Assembly: GCA_016839765.1 (NCBI GenBank)
Contig: JAEOTP010000031.1
Location: 1-32,579, forward strand
DNA from: Promethearchaeota archaeon
Lineage (GTDB): Archaea > Asgardarchaeota > Lokiarchaeia > Sigyniarchaeales > SOKP01
Length of the DNA: 32,579 bases
Reading direction: 5' to 3'
Position numbers and translations under genes: made by a program. Numbering within the stretch: position 1 is the first letter of the stretch; every line of letters starts with the position of its first letter. A model generated the notes under the pieces. The model made no database searches. It saw nothing but the letters and a program-made list of their open reading frames with translations, and had not been told where the DNA came from. This document shows, piece by piece, positions 1 through 9,095 of this stretch.

Positions 1-366
1 ATTGAAGCTGAGTTTTTCTCATTTGGAACCAATGATTTAACCCAAATGACGTATGGATTCAGTAGAGATGATGCTGAAGGTAAATTTTTACCAATCTACT
101 TGAATAAAGAAATCTTAGATACGAATCCATTTGAAGTATTGGACCAAGATGGTGTTGGGAAGCTTATGAAAATGGCTTTAAAGCTTGGAAAGCAAACTAG
201 GCCAGATTTAAAATGTGGAATTTGTGGGGAACATGGCGGGGAACCACGATCTATTAAATTTGCTAATTCTATAGGCATTAATTACGTTTCCTGTTCTCCT
301 TTTAGAATCCCAGTAGCAAGATTAGCAGCTGCACAAGCAGCTATTGAACAAAAGAAAAAAATGTAA
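1..366 (+). CDS. ppdK: Pyruvate, phosphate dikinase, C-terminal part (5' truncated by window edge)
   Basis: The frame is open from base 1 ([24 protein letters not shown]). It contains the PPDK signatures [18 protein letters not shown] and [19 protein letters not shown]. Confidence 0.95.
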   Translation: MEAEFFSFGTNDLTQMTYGFSRDDAEGKFLPIYLNKEILDTNPFEVLDQDGVGKLMKMALKLGKQTRPDLKCGICGEHGGEPRSIKFANSIGINYVSCSPFRIPVARLAAAQAAIEQKKKM

Positions 367-465
367 ATACAAATATAAAATTCATATTTTAAAATTCTTT
401 TTAATCCATAAAGATTTTATCATAAAATATATTTAGTATTTTAAAACAACTTATTCACTAGTAAG

Positions 466-1578
466 ATGACATTAACTTTAGACGAAAAAATTGCATTATT
501 GCAGGAAGTCGGTGAAGAAATAATAAATCTTGATGAATTAAGGGAAATGGTCAAATGGAAAAACGATCATAACCAAGAGATTTATGCTTATGATGGTTTT
601 GAGCCTAGTGGTAATATTCATATAGCTCAAGGTTTATTAAGAGCAATAAATGTAAATAAGATAACTAAAGCAGGAGTCAAGTTTAAGTTTCTCGTTGCTG
701 ATTGGCATGCTGCTGCTAATCATAAATTTGATGGAGATTTGGAAGTTATTAAAGAGGTTGGTGACTTTTTCATTGAAGTATGGAAAGTATGTGGAATGGA
801 TTTAAGTAATGTAGAATTTATTTATGCTTCTGATATTGTAAAAGATCCAGCTTATTGGGAATTAGTTTTAAAAATTGCTATCAATAGTTCATTAAATCGA
901 GTTAAAAGATGTATCCAAATAATGGGAAGAAGCGAATCTGAAAAACTTACAGCATCCCAAATATTATATCCCTTAATGCAAGCAGCTGATATTTTTTATC
1001 TTCCAGCAGATATATGTCAATTAGGATTAGATCAAAGAAAAGTGAATATGCTTGCTAGAGAGGTTGCTACCAAATTGAATAGACCTAAACCAGTTGCTGT
1101 TCACCATCATATGATAATGGGTTTAAATAAACCTCCAGATACAAATCTAACGGGTGTTGACAGAGTAATAAAGCTTAAAATGTCAAAATCAGATCCAGAT
1201 ACTGCAATATTTATGCTAGACTCTCCTGATGATATTAAACGTAAGATAAATAAGGCTTATTGTCCTCCAAAGCAAATAACTGAAAATCCTATATTGGAAT
1301 ATTGCAAATATATCATTTTTGAATTAAGAGACAAATTTAAAGTGGATAGACCTCAGGAATATGGAGGAGACATAGAATATAGCTCATTTAAAGAGTTAGA
1401 AAATGATTATGGAAAAGGAAAGTTGTCTCCTCCTGATTTAAAACTAGCAGTAATAAAATATTTGAATCAACTACTACAACCGATAAGAGAACATTTTGAT
1501 AAGGATAAAAAAGCGAAAAAATTATATTTATTTGTTAAACAAGCTGATGAAAAAGATAAAAATAGGAAGAAGAAATAA
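466..1578 (+). CDS. tyrS: Tyrosyl-tRNA synthetase, archaeal/eukaryotic type
   Basis: YDGFEPSG-x-I-HIAQG (HIGH-like), YPLMQAADIF, CQLGLDQRKVNMLARE, KMSKS, KAYCPP. Confidence 0.95.
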   Translation: MTLTLDEKIALLQEVGEEIINLDELREMVKWKNDHNQEIYAYDGFEPSGNIHIAQGLLRAINVNKITKAGVKFKFLVADWHAAANHKFDGDLEVIKEVGDFFIEVWKVCGMDLSNVEFIYASDIVKDPAYWELVLKIAINSSLNRVKRCIQIMGRSESEKLTASQILYPLMQAADIFYLPADICQLGLDQRKVNMLAREVATKLNRPKPVAVHHHMIMGLNKPPDTNLTGVDRVIKLKMSKSDPDTAIFMLDSPDDIKRKINKAYCPPKQITENPILEYCKYIIFELRDKFKVDRPQEYGGDIEYSSFKELENDYGKGKLSPPDLKLAVIKYLNQLLQPIREHFDKDKKAKKLYLFVKQADEKDKNRKKK

Positions 1579-1595
1579 CTTTTTATGAATAATTT

Positions 1596-2225
1596 ATGGT
1601 AAAATTTCTTTTAATTGGAGATAGCCACGTTCCAAAAAGGGCATCAGGTATTCCTAAGCAGATTCAGATTAAATTAGAAGAATTAACAAAATCAGAATTA
1701 TTTGAATATACTTTTTTTACGGGGGATGAGATAAATTACCCTGAATTTATGGAATTTTTAAATTTAATTACTAAAAGAGATGTATTTAGAGTCATTGGGA
1801 ATATGGATTATTATTATGGAAATAAAGATGCTCCAATTTATCAAGAATTAAAAATTGACTTTTATGATAAGGAAAATAAGAAAATTGGACTAACTCATGG
1901 AGTCCAAATCCAACCAAGAGGAGATCGAACTCAGTTAGAACAATTTGCTATTGAAAAAAATAATAATATTCTAATTTCAGGACATACACATAAGGAAGAA
2001 ATTTTTCTTACCAAAACTGGGATTTTATTGTTAAATCCAGGAAGTGTCACAGGAGCATGGTCTTTTGTTGCCAGTAGAATCCCATCATTTATTGTGTTAG
2101 ATATAGATAAAGAAACTAAAGATATAGAAATATCTCTATTTCAATTGGATAAAAAATCAGAAAAAGTAAATGAAATCAAATCCTTTTTCAATTTTGAGAG
2201 AAACAAAATAAATTATAAATATTAA
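1596..2225 (+). CDS. vps29: Vps29-like calcineurin-like metallophosphoesterase (YfcE/Vps29 family)
   Basis: IGDSHVPKR, TGD, GNMD, GLTHG-Q-PRGD, ILISGHTHK, NPGSVTGAW and IPSFIVLDI closely parallel the motifs of eukaryotic Vps29. Confidence 0.8.
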   Translation: MVKFLLIGDSHVPKRASGIPKQIQIKLEELTKSELFEYTFFTGDEINYPEFMEFLNLITKRDVFRVIGNMDYYYGNKDAPIYQELKIDFYDKENKKIGLTHGVQIQPRGDRTQLEQFAIEKNNNILISGHTHKEEIFLTKTGILLLNPGSVTGAWSFVASRIPSFIVLDIDKETKDIEISLFQLDKKSEKVNEIKSFFNFERNKINYKY

Positions 2226-2231
2226 ATAGAT

Positions 2232-3194
2232 CTAATTCAGGATTTTTAATTTTTTTAATATATTTTTAAATTTTTTCTTAATATTTTGTGGATTTAGAGT
2301 TTTTTTTCTAAATATTAATGGTATATAATAAAATACTCTTTTTCTTTGCTGATTAGTAGATATATATTTTATCTTCTTTTTCTCTTTATTCTTAGGAGTC
2401 TTAATGCCAATTATATCAAGTTTCCATCCAGGTGCATTTTTAGAAATTTGAAATGCTGTTTTTAAATAAATTATATTTAAACCAGATACTTTAAACAAGT
2501 TGTATATACTCTCCTCTGAAAAAAAATTGATATGTCTAAAAGGGGTATCTAAGGATTTCCATTCATTTAAACAGCCTAAGGGAACTTGAACATAAATGAT
2601 CCCATTTTCATATAAATTTAGAATAAGATCCTTAATAACTTTTTTTGGATCATTAACATGTTCTAATACCCGAATTGAAAATATAACATTAAATTTTAGT
2701 TTTCCATTCAAATCATCTGTATTCCTTCCTAAATATCGAGTACCTTTAGGTAAGGCATATTTTTTATAGTCCATGAGGTAACAATCATATTTTTTGAGAA
2801 ATGGATATAATAGATATCCTGACGCTCCACCATAATCTAATATTTTTGGTTTATAAGGTAATTTATGTCTAAAATATTTAGAAATAAGTTTATATCCTCG
2901 AATAGCTCTAACAAAATATTGTTCTACATCAATTTTTTTATTGATAACTTCTGTTTTAAATATTATTTTATAGTCTTCTTCAGAAAATCTCGGATTTAAA
3001 AAAATAAATCCACATCTCTGACAATGATTTATGTAAAATTTAAATTCATTCTTAATCATTAATGATTCATTAGACATCGACTGAAGCGAGAGAGTAGAGA
3101 GATAATTGATAATATTTTGTTCTCTAAAAATATATTGTTTTAACCGTTTTAATTTTTCAGAATCACAAATTGGACAATTATTTAGTAACCTCAT
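2232..3194 (-). CDS. Class I SAM-dependent methyltransferase with N-terminal zinc ribbon
   Basis: CPIC...CQRCG zinc ligands followed by FLNPR; motif I ILDYGGASG; RVLEHVNDP; IYVQVP; HINFFS. Confidence 0.85.
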   Translation of the reverse strand: MRLLNNCPICDSEKLKRLKQYIFREQNIINYLSTLSLQSMSNESLMIKNEFKFYINHCQRCGFIFLNPRFSEEDYKIIFKTEVINKKIDVEQYFVRAIRGYKLISKYFRHKLPYKPKILDYGGASGYLLYPFLKKYDCYLMDYKKYALPKGTRYLGRNTDDLNGKLKFNVIFSIRVLEHVNDPKKVIKDLILNLYENGIIYVQVPLGCLNEWKSLDTPFRHINFFSEESIYNLFKVSGLNIIYLKTAFQISKNAPGWKLDIIGIKTPKNKEKKKIKYISTNQQRKRVFYYIPLIFRKKTLNPQNIKKKFKNILKKLKILN

Positions 3195-3338
3195 TTTAAA
3201 TCTTAATTTAAATTAATGTTATTAGTTTATTCCAGAAGAAAGAATTATACGTAAGATAAAAAGTTAATTTTCATTTAAATGTTTTAATCATTTAAATAGT
3301 AAGATATTACTTATTTTAAAAAAAAGGAAAAATAAATA

Positions 3339-3764
3339 TTATTTTAGATGTTTTACTTTATCTAAAACTAAAATTTTTGGTAGTTTCAATAATATTCCTA
3401 GATATCCTTTCCCTGTATTTCCTTTTTTATATCTTAATTTTTTAAAACCAAATTTATTCTTCTTAAACATCATATGAAGAGTCGAATATTCTCCACTAGA
3501 AAAATACATTAAATCTTCAGGATCTGCTATAATTTCTAAATCATATTCATCTAATTCTCCCTTACCCAAAGCATAATTACCATCATTCGCAATAAGATTT
3601 ATCCAAAAAATATAATCTTCGTGAATATGAAGTCCTAAATTGATTTTTGCGTTAAATTTTTTAAGATTTTTTAAATTTTTAGGGTTTTTTCGCTTATCAT
3701 CAATTATACACTCTATAACTCCTTTGTATGTAATAAACAGATTTTCCTTTTCAAATTCTTCCAT
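3339..3764 (-). CDS. SCP2 (sterol carrier protein 2)-like lipid-binding protein
   Basis: 141 aa with an SCP2-like pattern: beta strands, then DLEIIADPEDLMYFSSGEYSTLHMMF, KLRYK-G and LLKLPKIL. Recognised by pattern only. Confidence 0.6.
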   Translation of the reverse strand: MEEFEKENLFITYKGVIECIIDDKRKNPKNLKNLKKFNAKINLGLHIHEDYIFWINLIANDGNYALGKGELDEYDLEIIADPEDLMYFSSGEYSTLHMMFKKNKFGFKKLRYKKGNTGKGYLGILLKLPKILVLDKVKHLK

Positions 3765-3896
3765 TTTAATACACCCTAATAATAGAAATTTCTTATAACT
3801 AAGGTTGCAATTAATAATTTATTTAATTTAATAAAGATTAAAGTATAATTAGTATCCAATTAGCATAAAATTAGATAAAAATGTAAAGAAAGGTGA

Positions 3897-5102
3897 ATGA
3901 AGAAAATGTGGTATTTTTTTAGTCCAAATATCATTTATGGAGAAGATGCTTTAGACTTCTTAGAAAATATTCCTGGTGAAAAATGTTTTATTATAACAGA
4001 TAAAATTTTAGAAGATTTGGGATATTTAAAAATATTAACTGACAAACTTGAAAAATTTGGGAGAACTTTTGAAGTGTTTAATGATGTAAAACCAGATCCT
4101 CATGAAGAAGATGTGTTAAAAGCTAAAGAATTATGCATTTCTTATGCTCCAAATATAATCATTGGATTAGGGGGAGGTTCTGTCATGGATACCGCAAAAG
4201 CAGTATGGGCATTATATGAATATCCTGACTTTGTTGTTGACGATTTACATCCATTTAATATTAAATTGTATGACTTAGGAAGAAAGGCTAAGATGATAGC
4301 TATTCCAACAACATCCGGAACAGGGGCAGAGACAACTTGGGCAACAGTTATTTCTAGATATGAAGAAAATGTATGGAAAAAACTGGAACAAGCCCATAAA
4401 GGTTTAATTCCTATGTATGCTATTGTAGATCCAATATTTCCAACTGGAATGCCTCAAGAGTTAACCATTAATACAGCATTCGATGCATTAGCACACTCCG
4501 TTGAAGGTTTGATTTCCTTATGGAGGAATGAATTTAGTGAAGCCTTATTACTAAAAGCTATAGAGCTAATTTTTAAATATTTACCAATTGTGTACAAAGA
4601 TGGAAAAAATAAAGAAGCTCGAGATTATATGCATCAAGCAGCTACGATGGCAGGGTTAGGTTTTGGCAATGGTCAGTGCCATATTGGTCATTCTATGGGT
4701 CATAGCTGGGGAGCTATTTTTGATACTCAACACGGAAGAGCTGTTGGTCTTTTTCTCCCCTATGTTACGCAATTTTGCATGAATAACCCTGATGAGAAGG
4801 ATCAATCTATTGAAATTTTAGGTAAAATTGTTAAACAATTAGGATGGGTGGATTGGAAGGAAAACCAGAAAAAAGCGGCTAACGTAATGATTCAAAAAAT
4901 AAAACAATTACAAAAAGAAGTAAACTTTCCATCTAAACTTAAGGATTTAGTATCTAAAGAAGATTTGGAAAGTAATTTAGATATGTTAATTAATTTATGT
5001 TTTCAAAGTTCTAGCAGCGTCATGAGTTCAAGATCCGCTAATGCTGAAGATTTAAAGAACCTTTTTATATATGCTTTTGAAGGAAAGGATATTGATTTTT
5101 AA
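3897..5102 (+). CDS. Iron-containing alcohol dehydrogenase
   Basis: GLGGGSVMDTAK, AIPTTSGTGAE, AIVDP; metal ligands in DALAHSVE, HSMGH and HGRA. The true start may be the ATG at 3906, given GGTGA at 3892-3896. Confidence 0.93.
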   Translation: MKKMWYFFSPNIIYGEDALDFLENIPGEKCFIITDKILEDLGYLKILTDKLEKFGRTFEVFNDVKPDPHEEDVLKAKELCISYAPNIIIGLGGGSVMDTAKAVWALYEYPDFVVDDLHPFNIKLYDLGRKAKMIAIPTTSGTGAETTWATVISRYEENVWKKLEQAHKGLIPMYAIVDPIFPTGMPQELTINTAFDALAHSVEGLISLWRNEFSEALLLKAIELIFKYLPIVYKDGKNKEARDYMHQAATMAGLGFGNGQCHIGHSMGHSWGAIFDTQHGRAVGLFLPYVTQFCMNNPDEKDQSIEILGKIVKQLGWVDWKENQKKAANVMIQKIKQLQKEVNFPSKLKDLVSKEDLESNLDMLINLCFQSSSSVMSSRSANAEDLKNLFIYAFEGKDIDF

Positions 5103-5161
5103 AATCAAATTTTACTAAATTTTCTTCTTTTTATAATTTATAATATTAATTTTTTTGCCAA

Positions 5162-5200
5162 AACATTTTTACAAAATGTTAAACATAAATATAACATTTT
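5162..5200. repeat. Inverted/direct AACAT repeat cluster, possible operator
   Basis: AACATTTT-TAC-AAAATGTT (5162-5180), overlapping ATGTT-A-AACAT (5176-5186), and a further AACATTTT (5193-5200). Confidence 0.45.
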
Positions 5201-5221
5201 TATATTATTTTTTTAGGTGCT

Positions 5222-5236
5222 GAGAAAGTTAAATAA
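5222..5236 (+). promoter_or_regulatory. Candidate BRE-TATA promoter of the LRR gene
   Basis: GAGAAAG-TTAAATAA ends about 33 bp upstream of ATG 5270. Confidence 0.4.
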
Positions 5237-5269
5237 TCAACCTATTAAATTATAATTAAGGATCATCGC

Positions 5270-7000
5270 ATGGCTATTTCAGAAACAGAGCAGAGATACT
5301 TAAAACGCTTAGAATTATTAATAGGATTTCCAATTCCTAGAGTATCAGATTTACATAGCTATGCAATAGGCTATACTTTACAAAATGACCACATTTCTGG
5401 ATTAGGTCTTTTTTCCAGTGGGTTAAAAGTTATTCCTGAAAAAATTAACGTCCTATCTCAATTAAAACAGCTTCTTTTGAGAGGTAATAGATTAAAAGTT
5501 ATACCTGAAGATTTATCGTTTGTTTATTCATTGGATAGCTTAGATTTAAGCGAAAATAAACTAATTAAACTACCAAAAGCGATATTTTCGTTAAATAATT
5601 TAAAACAATTATTTATTGAATCAAATAAATTAACTTCTTTACCACCAGCTATAAGTACATTAACCTCTCTTGAAATATTAGATTTAAGTGGTAATACTTT
5701 GACAACCATACCAGAATCATTATGTGCGTTATCTAACTTAAAAACTCTAGACTTAAGCAGAAATGAAATTTATGAACTCCCTAAAGCGATTGGAAATTTA
5801 ACATCTTTAGAAATATTGTATCTTGGTAATAATAATTTAACTAGTCTTCCAGATTCTATTAACTCCTTGAAATCCTTAAAAAGATTAAATTTAAGAACGA
5901 ATAAACTAGAACATCTTCCAGATTCTATTGGGGATTTATCGTCATTGACTTCCTTATTCTTAAAGGGCAATAATTTAATCTCTGTCCCAGATTCAATTGG
6001 TAAATTAATTAATCTTAAATATTTAGGACTTTCATCTAATAAATTATCCAGTTTACCTGAATCCATTGGTTCATTAAACTCGTTAGAAAACTTAAGTTTG
6101 GCTTCAAATTTTTTAACTGATATTCCTAAATCAATTGGATTTCTTAATTCCTTGTTGAGATTAGAACTTACTAATAATAAATTAACAATTTTACCCGACT
6201 TTAACAAATTAGGTTCTCTTAAAGTATTAAGATTAGATCGAAATAATCTAAAGAAACTTCCAGAATCAATTGGAAATTTAACAGCATTAGAAATTTTAAA
6301 TTTAGATCGAAATGAAATTGATAGTCTACCAGCAACCATCAGTAATCTTTCTTTATTAAAAGAATTAGATTTATTTGATAACCAGTTAAATGAACTTCCA
6401 GAGCTTTTTGGAAATTTAAAAGCGTTAGAAATTTTAGATTTAAGTAACAACCGATTAAAAACATTACCTGAAGCTATTGGTTCAATTTCCTCATTAAAAG
6501 AGTTAGATCTTTCTAATAATAAATTAGAACTATTACCAACTTCCATAGGTTCTTTAGTCTTGTTAAAAAATCTTATTTTAGGATTTAATCGTTTAAAATT
6601 GATTCCAGAATCAATTGGATTATTAAAAAACCTAGAGACTCTAGATATGGGAAAGAATAATTTAAAAGTAATAACTAATTCAATTGGTTCATTAAAATCG
6701 CTTAAAAGACTATATTTATACTATAATGAAATAGAAGATATTCCAGAGTCTATAGGAGAACTTGAATCACTAAAATATTTATATTTAGGAAATAATAAAT
6801 TATCTAAGCTTCCAGATTCTTTAGGTAAACTTAAATCTCTTAAATACTTATTTTTAAGAACAAATAATATTACCGAATTACCAATAACTATTGAATCCTT
6901 GACTTCCCTTAAATATTTAAATATTGAAAGAAACAATTTACTTAAATTTCCTTATTTATTAGATAGATTAGAAGACCAAGACGTAAAAGTTATTAAATAA
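5270..7000 (+). CDS. Leucine-rich repeat protein (about 23 repeats of 23 aa), no signal peptide or TM segment
   Basis: Consensus LxxLxLxxNxLxxLPxSIGxL repeats from about aa 41 to the C-terminus, after a short N-cap. Confidence 0.95.
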   Translation: MAISETEQRYLKRLELLIGFPIPRVSDLHSYAIGYTLQNDHISGLGLFSSGLKVIPEKINVLSQLKQLLLRGNRLKVIPEDLSFVYSLDSLDLSENKLIKLPKAIFSLNNLKQLFIESNKLTSLPPAISTLTSLEILDLSGNTLTTIPESLCALSNLKTLDLSRNEIYELPKAIGNLTSLEILYLGNNNLTSLPDSINSLKSLKRLNLRTNKLEHLPDSIGDLSSLTSLFLKGNNLISVPDSIGKLINLKYLGLSSNKLSSLPESIGSLNSLENLSLASNFLTDIPKSIGFLNSLLRLELTNNKLTILPDFNKLGSLKVLRLDRNNLKKLPESIGNLTALEILNLDRNEIDSLPATISNLSLLKELDLFDNQLNELPELFGNLKALEILDLSNNRLKTLPEAIGSISSLKELDLSNNKLELLPTSIGSLVLLKNLILGFNRLKLIPESIGLLKNLETLDMGKNNLKVITNSIGSLKSLKRLYLYYNEIEDIPESIGELESLKYLYLGNNKLSKLPDSLGKLKSLKYLFLRTNNITELPITIESLTSLKYLNIERNNLLKFPYLLDRLEDQDVKVIK

Positions 7001-7152
7001 ATTTTAAAATAAAATTAAGTTTAATATTAAGAAGAATAACTTTTCTTCTCTGAAATATTTATAGTATCTTAATCTTAAATAGTAAAACTAAAAAGATTAA
7101 AACTTAAAAGATTTAATTAAGTATATAATCAAGATTTTTAGAGGGTAAAAAT

Positions 7153-8991
7153 ATGAAAGGATTTATTGGAAAATTATTAAGGGTTAATCTGAGTAATAAG
7201 GAAATTTCTGAAGAACCACTTGATGAAGAAATCGCTAAACTTTTTTTAGGGGCTACAGGTTATTGTGTAAGATATCTATACGATAAAATTGATAAAGTAA
7301 CAGATGCACTATCGCCTGAAAATATTTTAATGGTAATGACTGGACCTTTTTGTGGATCAAATGTCCCAACCAGTGGAAGATTTTCAATATGTTCTAAATC
7401 CCCTTATACTGGAATTTGGGGAGAAGCAATTTGTGGTGGTTTTTTCGGACCAGAGTTAAGAAAAGCTGGTTATGATGGAATTATAATCGAAGGTGCATCA
7501 GAATCCCCTGTTTATTTAGATATTACTGATGGGAAAGCTGAAATTAAAGATGCGTTATCCTTATGGGGAAAAGGTGTATTTGAAACTTCAAGACTATTAA
7601 AAGAAAAATCTGGGTCTGATTTAACTAGAATTGCTTGTATTGGGCAAGCAGGTGAGAAATTAGTAAAATACGCCACAATTGCTTCTGAAGAAAAAGCTGC
7701 AGGGAGAACAGGAATGGGTGCAGTTATGGGTTCAAAAAAGTTAAAAGCTATCTCTATTAGGGCTTCAAAAAGAAGTTACGAACCAGCAAAACCAGATGAA
7801 TTTAAAGAAGCTGTTAAGAAAGTTACTGAGGATGTAATGGCTTCTTTTGCTTCACAAATGCTTGGAATATTAGGAACTTCTGGTGTGGTAGATAAGTATA
7901 ACTCTGAAGGAGAATTACCAATCAAATATTGGACTCTTGGGACGTGGGATGGTGCTTTTGATATTTCTGGAGCAACTGCTTCAGAAAAAGTGTTTTCAGG
8001 AAATTACCCTTGTTTTTCATGTCCCATAGGATGTGCTAAAAAAGCCATGATTAAGGAAGGAGAATACAAAACTGAACATGAAATTGAAGCTGCCGAGTAT
8101 GAAACTGTTGTAAGTTTTGGTTCTTTAATATTAAATAATGATCTTGAATCTATACAAAGAGCTAATTATTTGTGCAACGATTATGGAATTGACACTATTA
8201 GTGGAGGTAGTGCTATAGCTTTCATCTATTACCTGTTTAATACAGGGAAAATACAAACTTCTGATATTGATGGTTTAGAGCCAAAATGGGGAGATATTAA
8301 ACCAGCTTTAGATATGATAGAAAAGATTGGACTTAGACAAGGAATAGGAGATATTCTAGCGGAAGGTTCAGATACAGTAGGGAAAAAATTTAATATTCCT
8401 CAAGATGAGATTGCTACCGCATATGGAATGGAGATTCCTTATCATGACTTAAGGCGTTGTTATGGAATGGCAATTGCATATGGTATAGGTACGACAAGGG
8501 GACCATGCCATATGGCTTGTGATGCTTATTATGTACTATTAGGAGTTCCTCTTGAAGAATTTGGAGTTGATTTAGGAGTCGATTGGTATTCAGATGGTGA
8601 AGATATGGTTGAAGTTGTTGCTAAGATTCAAAATTATCGATCAATATATAATTCTTTAGTATTATGTAGTTTTGCGAATCCCCCTCCATCGATGATTATT
8701 GATATGTTAAATTATGCAACAGGACTCGATTTTGGCATGGAAAAGTTTAAGCTATTAGGAGAAAGAATATATATGATGAAAAGATTGTTCAATCTTAAAA
8801 TGGGCATAACACCCGCAGATGACAAGTTACCAAAAATAGTTCTAAATCCAATTAATGAAGGGGGTTCAGCGGGGAAGAGCCCAGATTTTCAGAAATTAAA
8901 AGAAGCATATTACAAATATCGAACATTTGATACTCAAACAGGTTATCCCAGCAAAGAAAAATTACAAAGTTTAGGTTTAGATAACTTGTAA
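7153..8991 (+). CDS. aor: Aldehyde:ferredoxin oxidoreductase (tungsten/pterin, AOR family)
   Basis: GKLLRVNLS, SKSPYTG, GGFFGPELRKAGYDG, AAGRTGMGAVMGSKKLKAI, Fe-S motif CFSCPIGC, EYET, NDYGIDTIS, RGPCH, and a fourth Cys in SLVLC. Confidence 0.93.
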   Translation: MKGFIGKLLRVNLSNKEISEEPLDEEIAKLFLGATGYCVRYLYDKIDKVTDALSPENILMVMTGPFCGSNVPTSGRFSICSKSPYTGIWGEAICGGFFGPELRKAGYDGIIIEGASESPVYLDITDGKAEIKDALSLWGKGVFETSRLLKEKSGSDLTRIACIGQAGEKLVKYATIASEEKAAGRTGMGAVMGSKKLKAISIRASKRSYEPAKPDEFKEAVKKVTEDVMASFASQMLGILGTSGVVDKYNSEGELPIKYWTLGTWDGAFDISGATASEKVFSGNYPCFSCPIGCAKKAMIKEGEYKTEHEIEAAEYETVVSFGSLILNNDLESIQRANYLCNDYGIDTISGGSAIAFIYYLFNTGKIQTSDIDGLEPKWGDIKPALDMIEKIGLRQGIGDILAEGSDTVGKKFNIPQDEIATAYGMEIPYHDLRRCYGMAIAYGIGTTRGPCHMACDAYYVLLGVPLEEFGVDLGVDWYSDGEDMVEVVAKIQNYRSIYNSLVLCSFANPPPSMIIDMLNYATGLDFGMEKFKLLGERIYMMKRLFNLKMGITPADDKLPKIVLNPINEGGSAGKSPDFQKLKEAYYKYRTFDTQTGYPSKEKLQSLGLDNL

Positions 8992-8994
8992 AAC

Positions 8995-9010
8995 TTCTTT
9001 TTTTCTTTTT
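8995..9010 (+). terminator. U-rich archaeal terminator candidate after aor
   Basis: A T-rich tract (TTCTTTTTTCTTTTT-like) lies immediately after the aor stop codon. Confidence 0.45.
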
Positions 9011-9061
9011 ATATTACTTTTTCTATTTGATGTTTTCTTAATTCACAGATCTGTTTTATTT

Positions 9062-9073
9062 AAAGTTTAAATA
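9062..9073 (+). promoter_or_regulatory. Candidate BRE-TATA promoter of the hutUHI operon
   Basis: AAAG-TTTAAATA ends 22 bp before the hutU ATG, which fits archaeal TATA spacing for a leaderless or near-leaderless transcript. The AT-rich background weakens the call. Confidence 0.5.
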
Positions 9074-9095
9074 TTAGAGGGAGTTAGATAACAAT

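Noticed and set aside
5770-6546. 258-aa antisense ORF (also 5524-5709 and 6721-6936) inside the LRR gene
   Set aside because: Shadow ORFs produced by the 69-bp codon periodicity of the LRR gene; no independent protein features.
5390-6960. About 69-bp periodicity as a possible CRISPR or tandem DNA array
   Set aside because: The repeats are degenerate at the DNA level and conserved at the protein level. There is no identical repeat/unique spacer pattern and no cas gene.
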